A stretch of 64,000 nt of DNA. Origin: a virus. Lineage: Duplodnaviria; Caudoviricetes. The first letter of the stretch is position 1; the number at the start of each line of letters is the position of its first letter. The DNA lies in IMG/VR virus record IMGVR_UViG_3300020478_000007, positions 54 through 64,053 of that record; one strand, written 5' to 3'. Under the pieces are notes generated by a model. The model ran no database searches. It saw only the letters and a list, made by a program, of their open reading frames with translations, and was not told the origin of the DNA. Position numbers and translations under genes: made by a program. Of the stretch, positions 1 to 9,787 are shown piece after piece.

Positions 1-2
1 CG

Positions 3-584
3 CAGAATTCACTCGCAGCAACTGTCGTCCTCGCAGACGGAATTACTGCTACGACACAATCGGCTAGTGACAACTCCACGAAAGTGGCGACCACTGCTTA
101 TGTAGATACTGCCACTGGCAATATTGACACGACAATTATTCAAGACGCTGATAGTGACACCAAGGTTCAAGTTGAGGAATCTTCAGATGAGGACAAAATC
201 CGGTTTGACGTTGGTGGAACAGAAACAGCAGTTCTTGATAGTGACGGTTTTGACGTCACAGGTAACGTTCGTTACAGCCTCGATCTGAATGCCCAGTCGG
301 GGACTGCGTATACCCTGGTGATTGGGGACCGAGGCAAGTTGGTTACTACCAGCAACGCTTCCGCTCAATCAATAACAGTTCCACCTAACAGCAGTGTTGC
401 TTTCGCTGTTGGGGATTCTGTACAGGTCGCGCAAGTGGGTAGCGCCCAAGCAACAATAGTGGCAGGGTCTGGTGTGACTCTACGTTCAACTCCGGGGCTC
501 AAATTGCGAGCCCAATATTCGTCTTGCACAATCACAAAAATCGCCACAGATGAGTGGCTTGTGACAGGTGACTTGGACGACTAG
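3..584 (+). CDS. Tail fibre / virion structural protein, C-terminal part (5'-truncated)
   Basis: Frame open from base 3 (QNSLAATVVLADGITATTQSASDNSTKVATTAYVD); DNSTKVATTAY motif and C-terminal TAYTLVIGD...TDEWLVTGDL domain are typical of phage fibres. Confidence 0.75.
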   Translation, partial: QNSLAATVVLADGITATTQSASDNSTKVATTAYVDTATGNIDTTIIQDADSDTKVQVEESSDEDKIRFDVGGTETAVLDSDGFDVTGNVRYSLDLNAQSGTAYTLVIGDRGKLVTTSNASAQSITVPPNSSVAFAVGDSVQVAQVGSAQATIVAGSGVTLRSTPGLKLRAQYSSCTITKIATDEWLVTGDLDD

Positions 585-606
585 TAAGAAAAGGTAGGAT
601 AGAGAT

Positions 607-1050
607 ATGGCGCAGTCAGGTTCAGAACAAGATCTCCCACGTAAAGACGAGATCCCCAACATTGTTGGGCAGACGACCACTAACGCTGACTCTCAAATCG
701 TTTCCGCTGGGATGGTTGTAGGTACTAAAAGCACAACCAATACCGACAACAGCAGCCTTGAAAACACGGTCGCTAGTCAGGTAGATACTGCTGGGGATAT
801 CAAGTTGTTGGGGCATTCAATGGACTACACATATTACAGTCCGTTCTTCCCACCGTTTTTCCCGCCGTTCTTTCCACCGTTCTTTCCACCATTTTTCCCT
901 CCTCACTTCCCGCCGTTTTTCCCACCGTTCTTCCCACCTCATTTCCCGCCATTTTTCCCGCCATTTTTCCCTCCTCACTTCCCACCGTCCTTTATTCATT
1001 ATCAGGATCCTGGGTATGCGATGGAAGAAAAGGATACTGAAGAAGAGTAA
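607..1050 (+). CDS. PASTA-like domain protein with (PP[F/H]F)n repeat
   Basis: IPNIVGQTTTNADSQIVSAGMVVG...NTVASQ resembles PASTA; followed by 13 tetrapeptide units and an acidic tail; AAGGTAGGA RBS upstream. Confidence 0.75.
   Translation: MAQSGSEQDLPRKDEIPNIVGQTTTNADSQIVSAGMVVGTKSTTNTDNSSLENTVASQVDTAGDIKLLGHSMDYTYYSPFFPPFFPPFFPPFFPPFFPPHFPPFFPPFFPPHFPPFFPPFFPPHFPPSFIHYQDPGYAMEEKDTEEE
838..993 (+). repeat. Coding 12-bp tandem repeat, 13 units (SPFF, PPFF x8, PPHF x3, PPSF)
   Basis: Read directly; CCN-CCN-TTY/CAY-TTY with variable third positions. Confidence 0.95.
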
Positions 1051-1070
1051 CCAGGTGTACACTTGGCCAT

Positions 1071-1700
1071 ATGGAAGAATCCCTGATAGAACCCGGCCAT
1101 TTTGGGGACTCATCTGACAACATTCTTGTTCTCTATGATTTCGTAGACCCTGTCGATCTCAGAATCATTCAAAGGTTTTTACCTACGATCAACGAATGGG
1201 ATAACCCACGGGAGACCGAATACAACGAAGATGGTGAATGCATTTACGATGCTTCTTATTGGTGGGATCGCATGTGCAGCGCTTCAATTCTTGAAGAGAT
1301 CAACCCTGAGATTTTCAAGTTGATTGATAAATACATTTTAAAAATGCAGTTCGCTATTGAAGATAAGTTCAATCTCGCAGTTCATAAACGACCGCCGGTG
1401 CTTGTCCGTTGGCTACCAGGGAATGAGCAATTGCCGCATGCTGACAAACAGTTGAATGATGGCACCCCTAACCCGTTTCCCACTTACGACATAAATTCGA
1501 TTATCTATTGGAATGAAGATTTCGAAGGCGGCGATTTTTATTATCCCGAGCATGGCATGGTTTTACCAATCGAAGAAGGAATGGCTGTAGCCCACCCAGG
1601 GGACATCCACTATTTGCATGGGGTTCGCCCTGTTACTGATGGTGTCAGATGGACAACACCATCTTTCTACACAATCACCCAATTAGGAGGGGAAGAATGA
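1071..1700 (+). CDS. Fe(II)/2OG oxygenase, prolyl-4-hydroxylase-like
   Basis: HAD, YWNEDFEGGDFYY, YLHGV and RWT motifs. Confidence 0.9.
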   Translation: MEESLIEPGHFGDSSDNILVLYDFVDPVDLRIIQRFLPTINEWDNPRETEYNEDGECIYDASYWWDRMCSASILEEINPEIFKLIDKYILKMQFAIEDKFNLAVHKRPPVLVRWLPGNEQLPHADKQLNDGTPNPFPTYDINSIIYWNEDFEGGDFYYPEHGMVLPIEEGMAVAHPGDIHYLHGVRPVTDGVRWTTPSFYTITQLGGEE

Positions 1701-2422
1701 AAGACATTGAGGCTTATCAAATAGGGCAACCAGGTGCTTGTATGACTCTTTACAAGAATCTTTTCCCAAGTGACCAAACATACCCACAGCGGTTAGAAGC
1801 GATCTTGACTGAAGACGACCCGTTTTTCAGATGGAACAATGCCAGAGTTGGTTTCGTGGAGGAGATGCTGGATTACAGGGACTGCTCTGACTTCAAATAC
1901 GGTGGCACTAAAGGGATTAAGTTTGAACAGTTCACGAACCCTCCTGAAGAATTCGCTGACGCTCGAGAAATCTACGACGAAGTTATGGGACCAGTCCATG
2001 CTTGCGTGGAACATTATTGCGAAAACCTAAATCTTGGGACTTTGGAATACTTTGAAGCGCCTAATTTCGTTAGATACAAAGAAGGCCAACATTTTCAGGT
2101 TCATCCTGATTGCGGGTTCTCATACACTTGCACGACTTCTGTCGTGGCTTTCTTCAATACCTGTGGCGAAGACTACACAGGCGGCGAATTGGTGTTCCCT
2201 TACCAAGACATAAAATTCACGCCACATGCGGGGGACATGGTTGTCTTCCCATCTAATTACCCTTACGTCCACCAATCTTTGCCGATCGAGACAGGCACCA
2301 AATATTCCTTAGTGGTGATGTATGACTACAACGATTTAAATCACCGCTCAGACAACTTGACTCTTGAAACCCAAATAGGCATCGAAGACGCAACTGGACA
2401 GGTACAGTCAGCGAGTTCATGA
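1697..2422 (+). CDS. Fe(II)/2OG oxygenase, prolyl-4-hydroxylase-like
   Basis: RYKEGQHFQVHPD, DYTGGEL, FPSNYPYVH, GTKYS; start moved to the ATGA overlap at 1697 after GGAGG. Confidence 0.9.
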   Translation: MKDIEAYQIGQPGACMTLYKNLFPSDQTYPQRLEAILTEDDPFFRWNNARVGFVEEMLDYRDCSDFKYGGTKGIKFEQFTNPPEEFADAREIYDEVMGPVHACVEHYCENLNLGTLEYFEAPNFVRYKEGQHFQVHPDCGFSYTCTTSVVAFFNTCGEDYTGGELVFPYQDIKFTPHAGDMVVFPSNYPYVHQSLPIETGTKYSLVVMYDYNDLNHRSDNLTLETQIGIEDATGQVQSASS

Positions 2423-3138
2423 AAGTAACACTGACTCGGACCCACCAGAACCCTCCTCAAATAACTCAATGTCGCCCGCGACGAGAGTGGATGGACGCGA
2501 CATATAAAAAACATGCCTACAAGTGTCTGCCCTTAACCGCCGCCAATGTCAATGGTTGGGAGTTAAGACTCCAACAAGATGTAGTAGTTAAATGGGATGG
2601 AGGGAACACGGTCCCTAAAGTCTTAAGCGGTGAAAAGATCACACACACGTTAGAGAACGGCCACGAGTACGAACGCGATGTTGTTGTCCCGAGCATTATT
2701 AGCATCATGTCTTTCACTGTCGGGTGGGCCATAAACACACCACCAGGGCACAGTGTTCTGCTATCAGGCCCTCCTAATTATTTTATTGATGGCGCCGTTC
2801 CGTTAACTGCGATGGTTCCTGGTTGGTGGCCAGACGAAGTGAATATGAATTGGATGATGACCACTCCTGGCAAAGAAGTTGTCTTCCCTGAGGGTATGCC
2901 ATTTATGTTTTTTCAGATCGTTGAAGACGATTTTCAGTGCAATGTGGAATTAGATGTTAAGAACATTTGGGATGACGATCAATTGATGGCCTCCCGCCAA
3001 TCGTATGGGAATGCTAAAACGGCTAAAATGAGAGAACAGCCATGGTCATGGATGGGGAGTGTCAGAACTGGCCTAAACGAAAAGGGTGAGCAGATAGGCC
3101 CCAAACATGAGGGGCACCCAACGCTTCAGGAGCCATAA
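2419..3138 (+). CDS. DUF6065-like protein
   Basis: RREWMDAT..HAYKCLPLTAANVNGWE and SGPPNYFIDG motifs. Confidence 0.75.
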   Translation: MKVTLTRTHQNPPQITQCRPRREWMDATYKKHAYKCLPLTAANVNGWELRLQQDVVVKWDGGNTVPKVLSGEKITHTLENGHEYERDVVVPSIISIMSFTVGWAINTPPGHSVLLSGPPNYFIDGAVPLTAMVPGWWPDEVNMNWMMTTPGKEVVFPEGMPFMFFQIVEDDFQCNVELDVKNIWDDDQLMASRQSYGNAKTAKMREQPWSWMGSVRTGLNEKGEQIGPKHEGHPTLQEP

Positions 3139-4208
3139 TGATCCGTGTTCTAGACAACGTGACACTTGATGATCTGACTAGATACCCTGAGGATTTTGAA
3201 GGCATACTTAATCAGCACCCTCTTGTGCTTTTCCCGAAGTTGAATGCTACCGAAGAAGAAAAAGATGTTGTGGCTGACGTCTTTGGTTTGGTTTTGCCTA
3301 ATGATCATGTTTCACGATATGAAGTTACTTACAACCACATGTTCAAAGTCATGGAAGACATGGGTAAAACCTCATTGAAAGATGCTCTTCTAGAGTCAAG
3401 AGGTCCTAGCGGAGTTGACCCTCATTCATCTCCCAAAATGAATCCGTGGCACTACGAAAACAATGAGATGTTAAATCCACCCGTGCACGGGTTGTGGTCG
3501 ATGGACAAGTTCCCTAAAAAAAGAGGGGTTGGGAGGACTGGTTTCATTGACGGCGGGTTGATTTATGACAGGATGCCTGATCGTTTCCACGAGTTTTCCC
3601 ACAAAGTGCAAACTGTAAGTGTCCCAGGGTTTATGCCAGTGGACATGGACTGGTTTCGTAGTCAGGCTTACAGAACAGTTGCCGCAGGGGAACCGTTTTG
3701 GATCCCGGTTCCTGAAACATCTGATGCGATAGTGGTGGATCCTAAACCATTGGCAATGGGACACCCTGTCACGGGGCGATATGTGATTCGTTCGGTGACA
3801 CCCTTTCCCCCAGAAGATCCCGGTAAACGCCCTAAAGAGATGTGGCGTTTATGGCAAGAGTCAGAGATCACGAAAAGTAATACATGGGGAGAAACTTATG
3901 GGGCGGTTTATGAACACGATTTCGATATTTATGCCAACGGAGGGCAACAATTCCTAGAAGAAGAGTGTGATCCGCGACTTCTTTTTGATTTCAAAACGTG
4001 GTTGTATGAATACATAGAAACTGAAACAAATCAGTTTTGGTTGCAATGGAATGAGGGGGATTTGTTGGCTCTAGACATATTTTCTTTAATGCATGCAGTC
4101 GAAGGTGGGTTTAATAAAAATGAGAGGCTTCTAAGAGGGCGGTATTACTTCGGTATGGGTTTCAGAGGCGATCCACACGGGAAGCGCCCAGTCACGGAGT
4201 TCTTATGA
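3138..4208 (+). CDS. TauD/TfdA-like dioxygenase
   Basis: WHYE, GRTGFID, HPVTGR, WNEGDLLALD...MHA, ERLLR. Confidence 0.8.
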   Translation: MIRVLDNVTLDDLTRYPEDFEGILNQHPLVLFPKLNATEEEKDVVADVFGLVLPNDHVSRYEVTYNHMFKVMEDMGKTSLKDALLESRGPSGVDPHSSPKMNPWHYENNEMLNPPVHGLWSMDKFPKKRGVGRTGFIDGGLIYDRMPDRFHEFSHKVQTVSVPGFMPVDMDWFRSQAYRTVAAGEPFWIPVPETSDAIVVDPKPLAMGHPVTGRYVIRSVTPFPPEDPGKRPKEMWRLWQESEITKSNTWGETYGAVYEHDFDIYANGGQQFLEEECDPRLLFDFKTWLYEYIETETNQFWLQWNEGDLLALDIFSLMHAVEGGFNKNERLLRGRYYFGMGFRGDPHGKRPVTEFL

Positions 4209-5257
4209 AAATCCAAAACTTTTCGTATCTCCGAGTGGAAGACATTCTTGATGGTGCGGATGAATTCAGAGCGCTCCTATTTAAAGAAGGAGTTTTGGCG
4301 TTCAGGGGCTTAAACCTGACAGTTCAAGACTTTGCAGACATAACCCAAGCACTTTCTATATCTGAGAAGCCGCTAGAGGATTGGTCACGGGGTAAAGCCA
4401 CAACAGAAGCCTTTCTTACAGCCGACCGACGTTTTGGCCAACCGATGTATGACCTTGAAGAACTAGACCGTGGGGATCTGACTAAAACTACGCCTGTGGA
4501 AAGAGCCGGTATAGATGAATACACATTGAGTGGTTCATTCATTCGTAGAAACGAAAATTTTGCCACACGGTTCGAACAAATGGCTAAGGGTGTGGGGACA
4601 GGCGGTGAACCACCCGGTAAAGGAGATGTTCTTTACCCTGGGCAAGAAAAAGCGTCACGGCAAACAATGATTTTTTGGAATATGGATGATGCCTATAAAC
4701 AGCACTTGTTGAGAACAAATGCCATCCACATGCATACCTTCACTGCTCCGAAAGGGGCGGGTGGTTTGGGTTTTGTCGACATGTCTGAAGCATTTAAGGC
4801 TCTTCCATCTTCATGGGTTGATCCTTTAAAGAAAGCACACAAAAAAGAAACTCAAGTCTCTTACATGCCAGATGGGGTTACCCAATATCCTCACCCTGTT
4901 ATTAAGTTGCATTGGTATGCCTCGTACCCTGTTTTGCATTCCACGGGAACCAACCTTGGCAACCCTCAACTCCCATTTGAGTTTGAGGAAGAATGTATTG
5001 AACCTATGGAATTTTTTAAATGGGTGTTCGATTATGTTGTCGATCCTGATAACCAGCAGTGGTGGGATTGGGAACAAGGAGATCTTGTTATTTACGACGC
5101 CTACCGTTTGCAAACAGCGTGGGGTGCTGGGTTTGGTTTAGATGAACTTGTTTTTGATCACATCAAGTATCACGGAGGGAACCAATATGCTGTCCAAACT
5201 TTACCCCCACGAGATCAGCAGTACATAGTACCTGAAGGGCATTCATATCATGGTTGA
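4205..5257 (+). CDS. TauD-like protein with degenerate metal ligands
   Basis: EGVLAFRGLNL, LGFVDM, HPVI and WEQGDLVIYD are present, but the expected His ligands read N (WNMD) and T (LQTA). Confidence 0.7.
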   Translation: MKIQNFSYLRVEDILDGADEFRALLFKEGVLAFRGLNLTVQDFADITQALSISEKPLEDWSRGKATTEAFLTADRRFGQPMYDLEELDRGDLTKTTPVERAGIDEYTLSGSFIRRNENFATRFEQMAKGVGTGGEPPGKGDVLYPGQEKASRQTMIFWNMDDAYKQHLLRTNAIHMHTFTAPKGAGGLGFVDMSEAFKALPSSWVDPLKKAHKKETQVSYMPDGVTQYPHPVIKLHWYASYPVLHSTGTNLGNPQLPFEFEEECIEPMEFFKWVFDYVVDPDNQQWWDWEQGDLVIYDAYRLQTAWGAGFGLDELVFDHIKYHGGNQYAVQTLPPRDQQYIVPEGHSYHG

Positions 5258-6101
5258 ACACTACGGGAACGGGGTTTCTCATTATAAGAACATGATTGAT
5301 GTCCCTCAGTCGATCATTGATGAGTTGCTGTATTTACGGGATGCTGAATTTGACGCTCAATATAAAAAAGATGGGGATCGACTTATCAGCACACACACAG
5401 GGATAGTTGACAATATTGATGTGGTGCTCCAAAAGCCTGTTCGTGTACAAGTCCACCAACCCCCTGTTGAGGCTAGTGACGAACATCATGAATGGTGGAA
5501 GTATGCTTCTGATGTCTGTTGGAGTGTCTTACTTAAATATCTTGAGCGTTACCCACATTTAATGTCACAGATTTGGTGGTGTAGTCGGGGGCACTCATTG
5601 GTTTATGAACCTGGGGCACGGTTACTAGCCCATCATGACAATGATGTTGGTTATGCATGGCAAGTAAATGAAAAGATTGCAGGTTTCACAGAAGTTTCCG
5701 CACAGAATGTTGTAAGCACCACGATGCATCTTTGTGATTCGGAAGGGGGCAGTATGGTTTTCCCTTACTTAGACAATCTAGAAATAGAAACAAAGGCAGG
5801 GGATGTTTTAGTTTTCCCCGCTAATTATTTAGCCACTCACGGAATAACGCCTGTCCAGGAAGGCAGCAGAAGGATCTCATATCTAACGTTTTGGGGGCAG
5901 GGCTCGCATTTAATAGGTGGCGGGAACGTTCTCCCAATTAGAGATCGTGACCATCGTGTAGATAATTCATTAACGTGGGTCAAAACCCTCCATCAAGACT
6001 TCCTTGAATCGTCGGGGTGGGATCTTCAAACATTTTATGATCGTCATCCACAATGGCTATCAAGTAGAAACATCCCTGATCATTGGGGTGGCCATGTCTG
6101 A
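5250..6101 (+). CDS. Fe(II)/2OG oxygenase (WWxxRGH paralog family)
   Basis: WWCSRGH, HHD, FPANYLATH, RRISY. Confidence 0.85.
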   Translation: MVEHYGNGVSHYKNMIDVPQSIIDELLYLRDAEFDAQYKKDGDRLISTHTGIVDNIDVVLQKPVRVQVHQPPVEASDEHHEWWKYASDVCWSVLLKYLERYPHLMSQIWWCSRGHSLVYEPGARLLAHHDNDVGYAWQVNEKIAGFTEVSAQNVVSTTMHLCDSEGGSMVFPYLDNLEIETKAGDVLVFPANYLATHGITPVQEGSRRISYLTFWGQGSHLIGGGNVLPIRDRDHRVDNSLTWVKTLHQDFLESSGWDLQTFYDRHPQWLSSRNIPDHWGGHV

Positions 6102-6963
6102 GATTCAGCATTTCCAAAACGGGATTGCTCTTATTCGGGATGCTATGGAAATCCCTAAAGAGATAATTGATGAGTTGTTGGTTATTAGCAAAGGTCAATG
6201 GGAGCATCAGTATGTGGTTGAAGGGGATGAGGTTGTTAACAAAGCAACCGGTACCCGAACTCCTATCGAGTTCCATGGGCAGGATCCAATCAGAGTCCAG
6301 GTCCATGCTCCCCCAGTAACCCCACAAGTGGAATTCTGGGATGACTTTTGGCGACAAGCCGCAGATGTTTGTTATGCAGCACTTTTGCGGTACATCGAAA
6401 AATACCCGATGATTCTTTCTCAACTTTGGTGGTGCAACCGTGGGCATGCGCTTGTTTATGATGCCCCTATGGGGCACCTCTTTGGGCATCATGACAATGA
6501 TTGTGGGTATTCATTCGCTGCATGGGATGAAATCGTCGGGAAGTCAGAATTAACTACTCACAACGTGGTTAGTACAACCCTGCATTTGGTAGACACCCCC
6601 GACGGAGGGGGAGTGACTTTTCCTTATGCCGATAATCTTCATTTCCCTTGCAGGGCTGGTGACATTTTGTTGTTCCCCGCTAATTATTTAGGGGCGCATG
6701 AAATTGAATACGTTAATGAAGGACACCGTATGTCTTACTTGACGTTTTATTGCCAAGGTTCCAATGAACCTCTTCGGATACCTCCAAACGCTGACCAAGC
6801 AGAGATTTTTTTCAGAGAACATCAGACTGAGGCTTCTCTCACCTGGTGTGACACAATCGACACTGACTTTATGGAGTCATCCGGTTGGTCATTGGAGCGG
6901 TTAGATAAAGAGCATCCAAATTGGTTACAACGAGGACCAGGTGAGCCGTGGGGTCATGATTAA
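6094..6963 (+). CDS. Fe(II)/2OG oxygenase (WWxxRGH paralog family)
   Basis: Close paralog of the preceding gene; WWCNRGH, HHD, FPANYLGAH; start MSEIQHF at 6094. Confidence 0.85.
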   Translation: MSEIQHFQNGIALIRDAMEIPKEIIDELLVISKGQWEHQYVVEGDEVVNKATGTRTPIEFHGQDPIRVQVHAPPVTPQVEFWDDFWRQAADVCYAALLRYIEKYPMILSQLWWCNRGHALVYDAPMGHLFGHHDNDCGYSFAAWDEIVGKSELTTHNVVSTTLHLVDTPDGGGVTFPYADNLHFPCRAGDILLFPANYLGAHEIEYVNEGHRMSYLTFYCQGSNEPLRIPPNADQAEIFFREHQTEASLTWCDTIDTDFMESSGWSLERLDKEHPNWLQRGPGEPWGHD

Positions 6964-7810
6964 GGAGTATTTAGGTGGCGGTGTTGTTCTTTATAAAAAT
7001 GTTCTTGATCTTGATTTTGATCGTTTGCGTTCTTTCGCTTTAGAACAAGCAGAAGCCGAGATGGCTGAAATGTACACGCCAGGGAAAGACCCACGTACAG
7101 GTGAAGAGGGTTACCTAAACAGAAACGGATATTTCTTTGATGCTAAAGGAATAGAGTGCATGCCTCGGCATTGCGCTTTTGTTTACTCCGACCCTGATCC
7201 AGATATTAAAGAAATTTTAGAAACCATTGAAACGACAACTGACAAATGTGTGACTGATTACATTGATCAGTTCTCTATAGCCGCAATGTCAGTATGGTGG
7301 AAAATAAGAGGACATATTCTCGTCTATCCTCCTGATTCGTTTCTTGGGCTTCATGCTGATACCAGTACTGATTACGCTTATGGCTCACCTCACCCGCCAA
7401 ATCAAATAGCAACTCGAACGGTCGTTAGCACCATCACATTCTTTAATGATTCCGTAGATGATATGTCACAACTCGATGGCACAAATTTTATGGGTGGGTG
7501 GTTAGCGTTTAAGTATCTCGATATTAGGTATAAGCCACGCAAAGGTGATTTGATTGTGTTCCCCTCAAATTACATGGGGGCTCATGCTTGCGAGATGGTT
7601 AAAGGTGGCACAAGGTTTAGCCATGTCGGGTGGTATTGCCAAGGGACCCCAAATCCAGAAGTAGGAGAGAATGTAATTGACCCGACAGAAGCCACGGAAG
7701 AAATGTTGGGACGATCAACCAACGTCTATTTAACTAAGCCGTTAGGTCGAGCGATGACAGAAGTCTGGGCAGGTCAACAACCTGAACGTTGGGGTTACGG
7801 AGAAGACTAA
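6956..7810 (+). CDS. Fe(II)/2OG oxygenase (WWxxRGH paralog family)
   Basis: WWKIRGH, HAD, FPSNYMGAH, GTRFS; start MIKEYLGGG. Confidence 0.85.
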   Translation: MIKEYLGGGVVLYKNVLDLDFDRLRSFALEQAEAEMAEMYTPGKDPRTGEEGYLNRNGYFFDAKGIECMPRHCAFVYSDPDPDIKEILETIETTTDKCVTDYIDQFSIAAMSVWWKIRGHILVYPPDSFLGLHADTSTDYAYGSPHPPNQIATRTVVSTITFFNDSVDDMSQLDGTNFMGGWLAFKYLDIRYKPRKGDLIVFPSNYMGAHACEMVKGGTRFSHVGWYCQGTPNPEVGENVIDPTEATEEMLGRSTNVYLTKPLGRAMTEVWAGQQPERWGYGED

Positions 7811-8580
7811 GCAGTCTTTATAAGAATTGTGTAGCCAGCGTCGATTGGGTAGTGAACCACTTCAGCATTAGGGAGGTCTTTTAAATCCCAATTGGGTTCT
7901 ACATATTCATGTTGCAACATGACCGTGTTCCGGTACATCCCTTTGTTTGCCCCGGTGTTAATGACAACCATCACACCACCTGTATCGACCATGTCCCACA
8001 AAGCAGTTATCCATTTGCTGTCAGCACCGAAAAGTAACGCTGCTTGTGTCTCGACGTAATCAAATTTCTCGCTACTCGTGCCTTCGAAGATATCTAATTG
8101 GTCGATAACTTTGTATTGAGGGTTAGTTGCTTTCCACTCGTCATTGCCCGCTATAAAACGTTCCATGATGTTGAAATCAAGACCGTTTATAAACGTGACT
8201 TCTTTAGAACCATCGGCCATTAACTCTTGAAGCCATTTGTTTGGGTCTGCGAAATGCAGCAATGTCTTTGTCGGGTTAAAGAGTTTATGGAGCAAGATTC
8301 TTAATTCCATGTGCACCCATAAGTAGGCTTCCCATTCTGGGTGCCTGTTCCCTAAAAGTTCATACATATGGAAGTAAACGTCGTGCCCTCCTGCAATAGC
8401 GCGAAGGTCGGGGTTCCGTGCTTTTATGTAGTCAGAACCTGACTTGTAAAAATCATCACGGACACCTTCAGTGAAACCGTTTTCCATATCGGTGTAACCG
8501 GTTTTAGAAAGTGCTTTAGCGACAATGTTCTTACGAAAAAGATCTGTTACGCCGAAAGGCATGTATTTGATAGTTGCCAT
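7807..8580 (-). CDS. Hypothetical protein, possible divergent class I SAM-methyltransferase fold
   Basis: EKFDYVE and LWDMVDTGGVMVV resemble late MTase motifs; motif I not evident. Confidence 0.45.
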   Translation of the reverse strand: MATIKYMPFGVTDLFRKNIVAKALSKTGYTDMENGFTEGVRDDFYKSGSDYIKARNPDLRAIAGGHDVYFHMYELLGNRHPEWEAYLWVHMELRILLHKLFNPTKTLLHFADPNKWLQELMADGSKEVTFINGLDFNIMERFIAGNDEWKATNPQYKVIDQLDIFEGTSSEKFDYVETQAALLFGADSKWITALWDMVDTGGVMVVINTGANKGMYRNTVMLQHEYVEPNWDLKDLPNAEVVHYPIDAGYTILIKTA

Positions 8581-8948
8581 TATGCTGCCTCCGCTAGTTT
8601 CAATAGTCTGAAGTGGCGTCGGACTGCCTCTTGCAGCATTTCGCGCTTGTTGTTAAGCATCATTTCGGCAGCGCTATGGTAAGCCCTTCCGACTCGTAGA
8701 TCAGGGTTATCTCTCAGAACTATGGACCCATCTTTGTTGACCATAGGGCTTAATACTTGCGTTAATGATGTAAAAGGGAACATGTCCCGAGTGGCGCTTA
8801 CGATGTCATCAACTGTGGTGGAGTCAAATGAATCTAAATCCATGCCTAGTATTGCCATCACATAAGCGACTTCGCCTTCGAGATATGCAATATCAGCGGC
8901 TGCATCGTAAATGTTGCCTTCGGAACCGGTAAAAGATCGAGTACTCAT
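8580..8948 (-). CDS. Hypothetical protein
   Basis: Coupled ORF in reverse-strand operon. Confidence 0.7.
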   Translation of the reverse strand: MSTRSFTGSEGNIYDAAADIAYLEGEVAYVMAILGMDLDSFDSTTVDDIVSATRDMFPFTSLTQVLSPMVNKDGSIVLRDNPDLRVGRAYHSAAEMMLNNKREMLQEAVRRHFRLLKLAEAA

Positions 8949-9562
8949 TCTCCTAAATCATCCCATTCTGCGGACATGTCTACTTTTATATACCCGGCAT
9001 GTCCTGCTTCTGTAGTGGAGGGGTTCATAGGAGTAATCCCACCTAAACGGATACACCCCCAATAAAGAGAGTCGTGGCTTTCAGGCATATCTGGATCACC
9101 AACTGTGACTCCACCTGTTTTTGCTACACGCCCAATAAGTTCGGGGATCCATTCGATTGGATCATTATCATGTAACTCATTGTCCCATTCTCGTCTTCCG
9201 ACTTGGGCTTCTTTCCATTTTAATGGTGGGGTAACCCCATACCCTTTAACAGCGACGCGATCTTGGACATCCCCATCTACGGTTGTTTTGGCAGTGTCAG
9301 GGGCATCACCTTTGACCGCTTCAGATATCGTTCCGAGAGAGGAGAGTGTTTCATCGGTTATGGGTCGGACTCCTGAGAATCTGCCTTTAAGAGTATTTGT
9401 TGCTTCAAGGAGAGTATCTGACTGTCTTGCGTACTTATGTGGCTCGGCTCCTCCAAACATTTCTTTAAGGGCCTCGGAAGGTTCAGTATCTTGTTCCACA
9501 CCCAAGAGAGTCCCAGGTTGTGGCTTTGGTGTTGGGGCAGAGTCCTTATAATCGAACTTCAT
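8945..9562 (-). CDS. Hypothetical protein
   Basis: Coupled ORF in reverse-strand operon. Confidence 0.7.
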   Translation of the reverse strand: MKFDYKDSAPTPKPQPGTLLGVEQDTEPSEALKEMFGGAEPHKYARQSDTLLEATNTLKGRFSGVRPITDETLSSLGTISEAVKGDAPDTAKTTVDGDVQDRVAVKGYGVTPPLKWKEAQVGRREWDNELHDNDPIEWIPELIGRVAKTGGVTVGDPDMPESHDSLYWGCIRLGGITPMNPSTTEAGHAGYIKVDMSAEWDDLGE

Positions 9563-9565
9563 TGG

Positions 9566-9775
9566 TTACCCCAATGCTTCGTGAGCGGCGACCTGCTTCT
9601 TTAAACAGTCGTAGGCGTTATACAAGGCGTGATCTGAATCGACAGGGATAACGAAGGAACTATCAATGTCTTCAGGAGCCTCGGGCAGAGCGAGACAGAG
9701 TGTGTAAATGCAATACTCTAAATACTCTTTAGCCCGCGCTTTGGCGGTTGTTTTCTGAGCGTCGGTCAAGGCCAT
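9566..9775 (-). CDS. Hypothetical small helical protein
   Basis: ORF in operon; motif shared with neighbours. Confidence 0.7.
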   Translation of the reverse strand: MALTDAQKTTAKARAKEYLEYCIYTLCLALPEAPEDIDSSFVIPVDSDHALYNAYDCLKKQVAAHEALG

Positions 9776-9787
9776 GTCTACAGCCTA

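Noticed and set aside
800-1113. Minus-strand repetitive ORFs (WREK/MAGK)
   Set aside because: Antisense shadows of the PPFF repeat; synonymous variation fits only the + frame.
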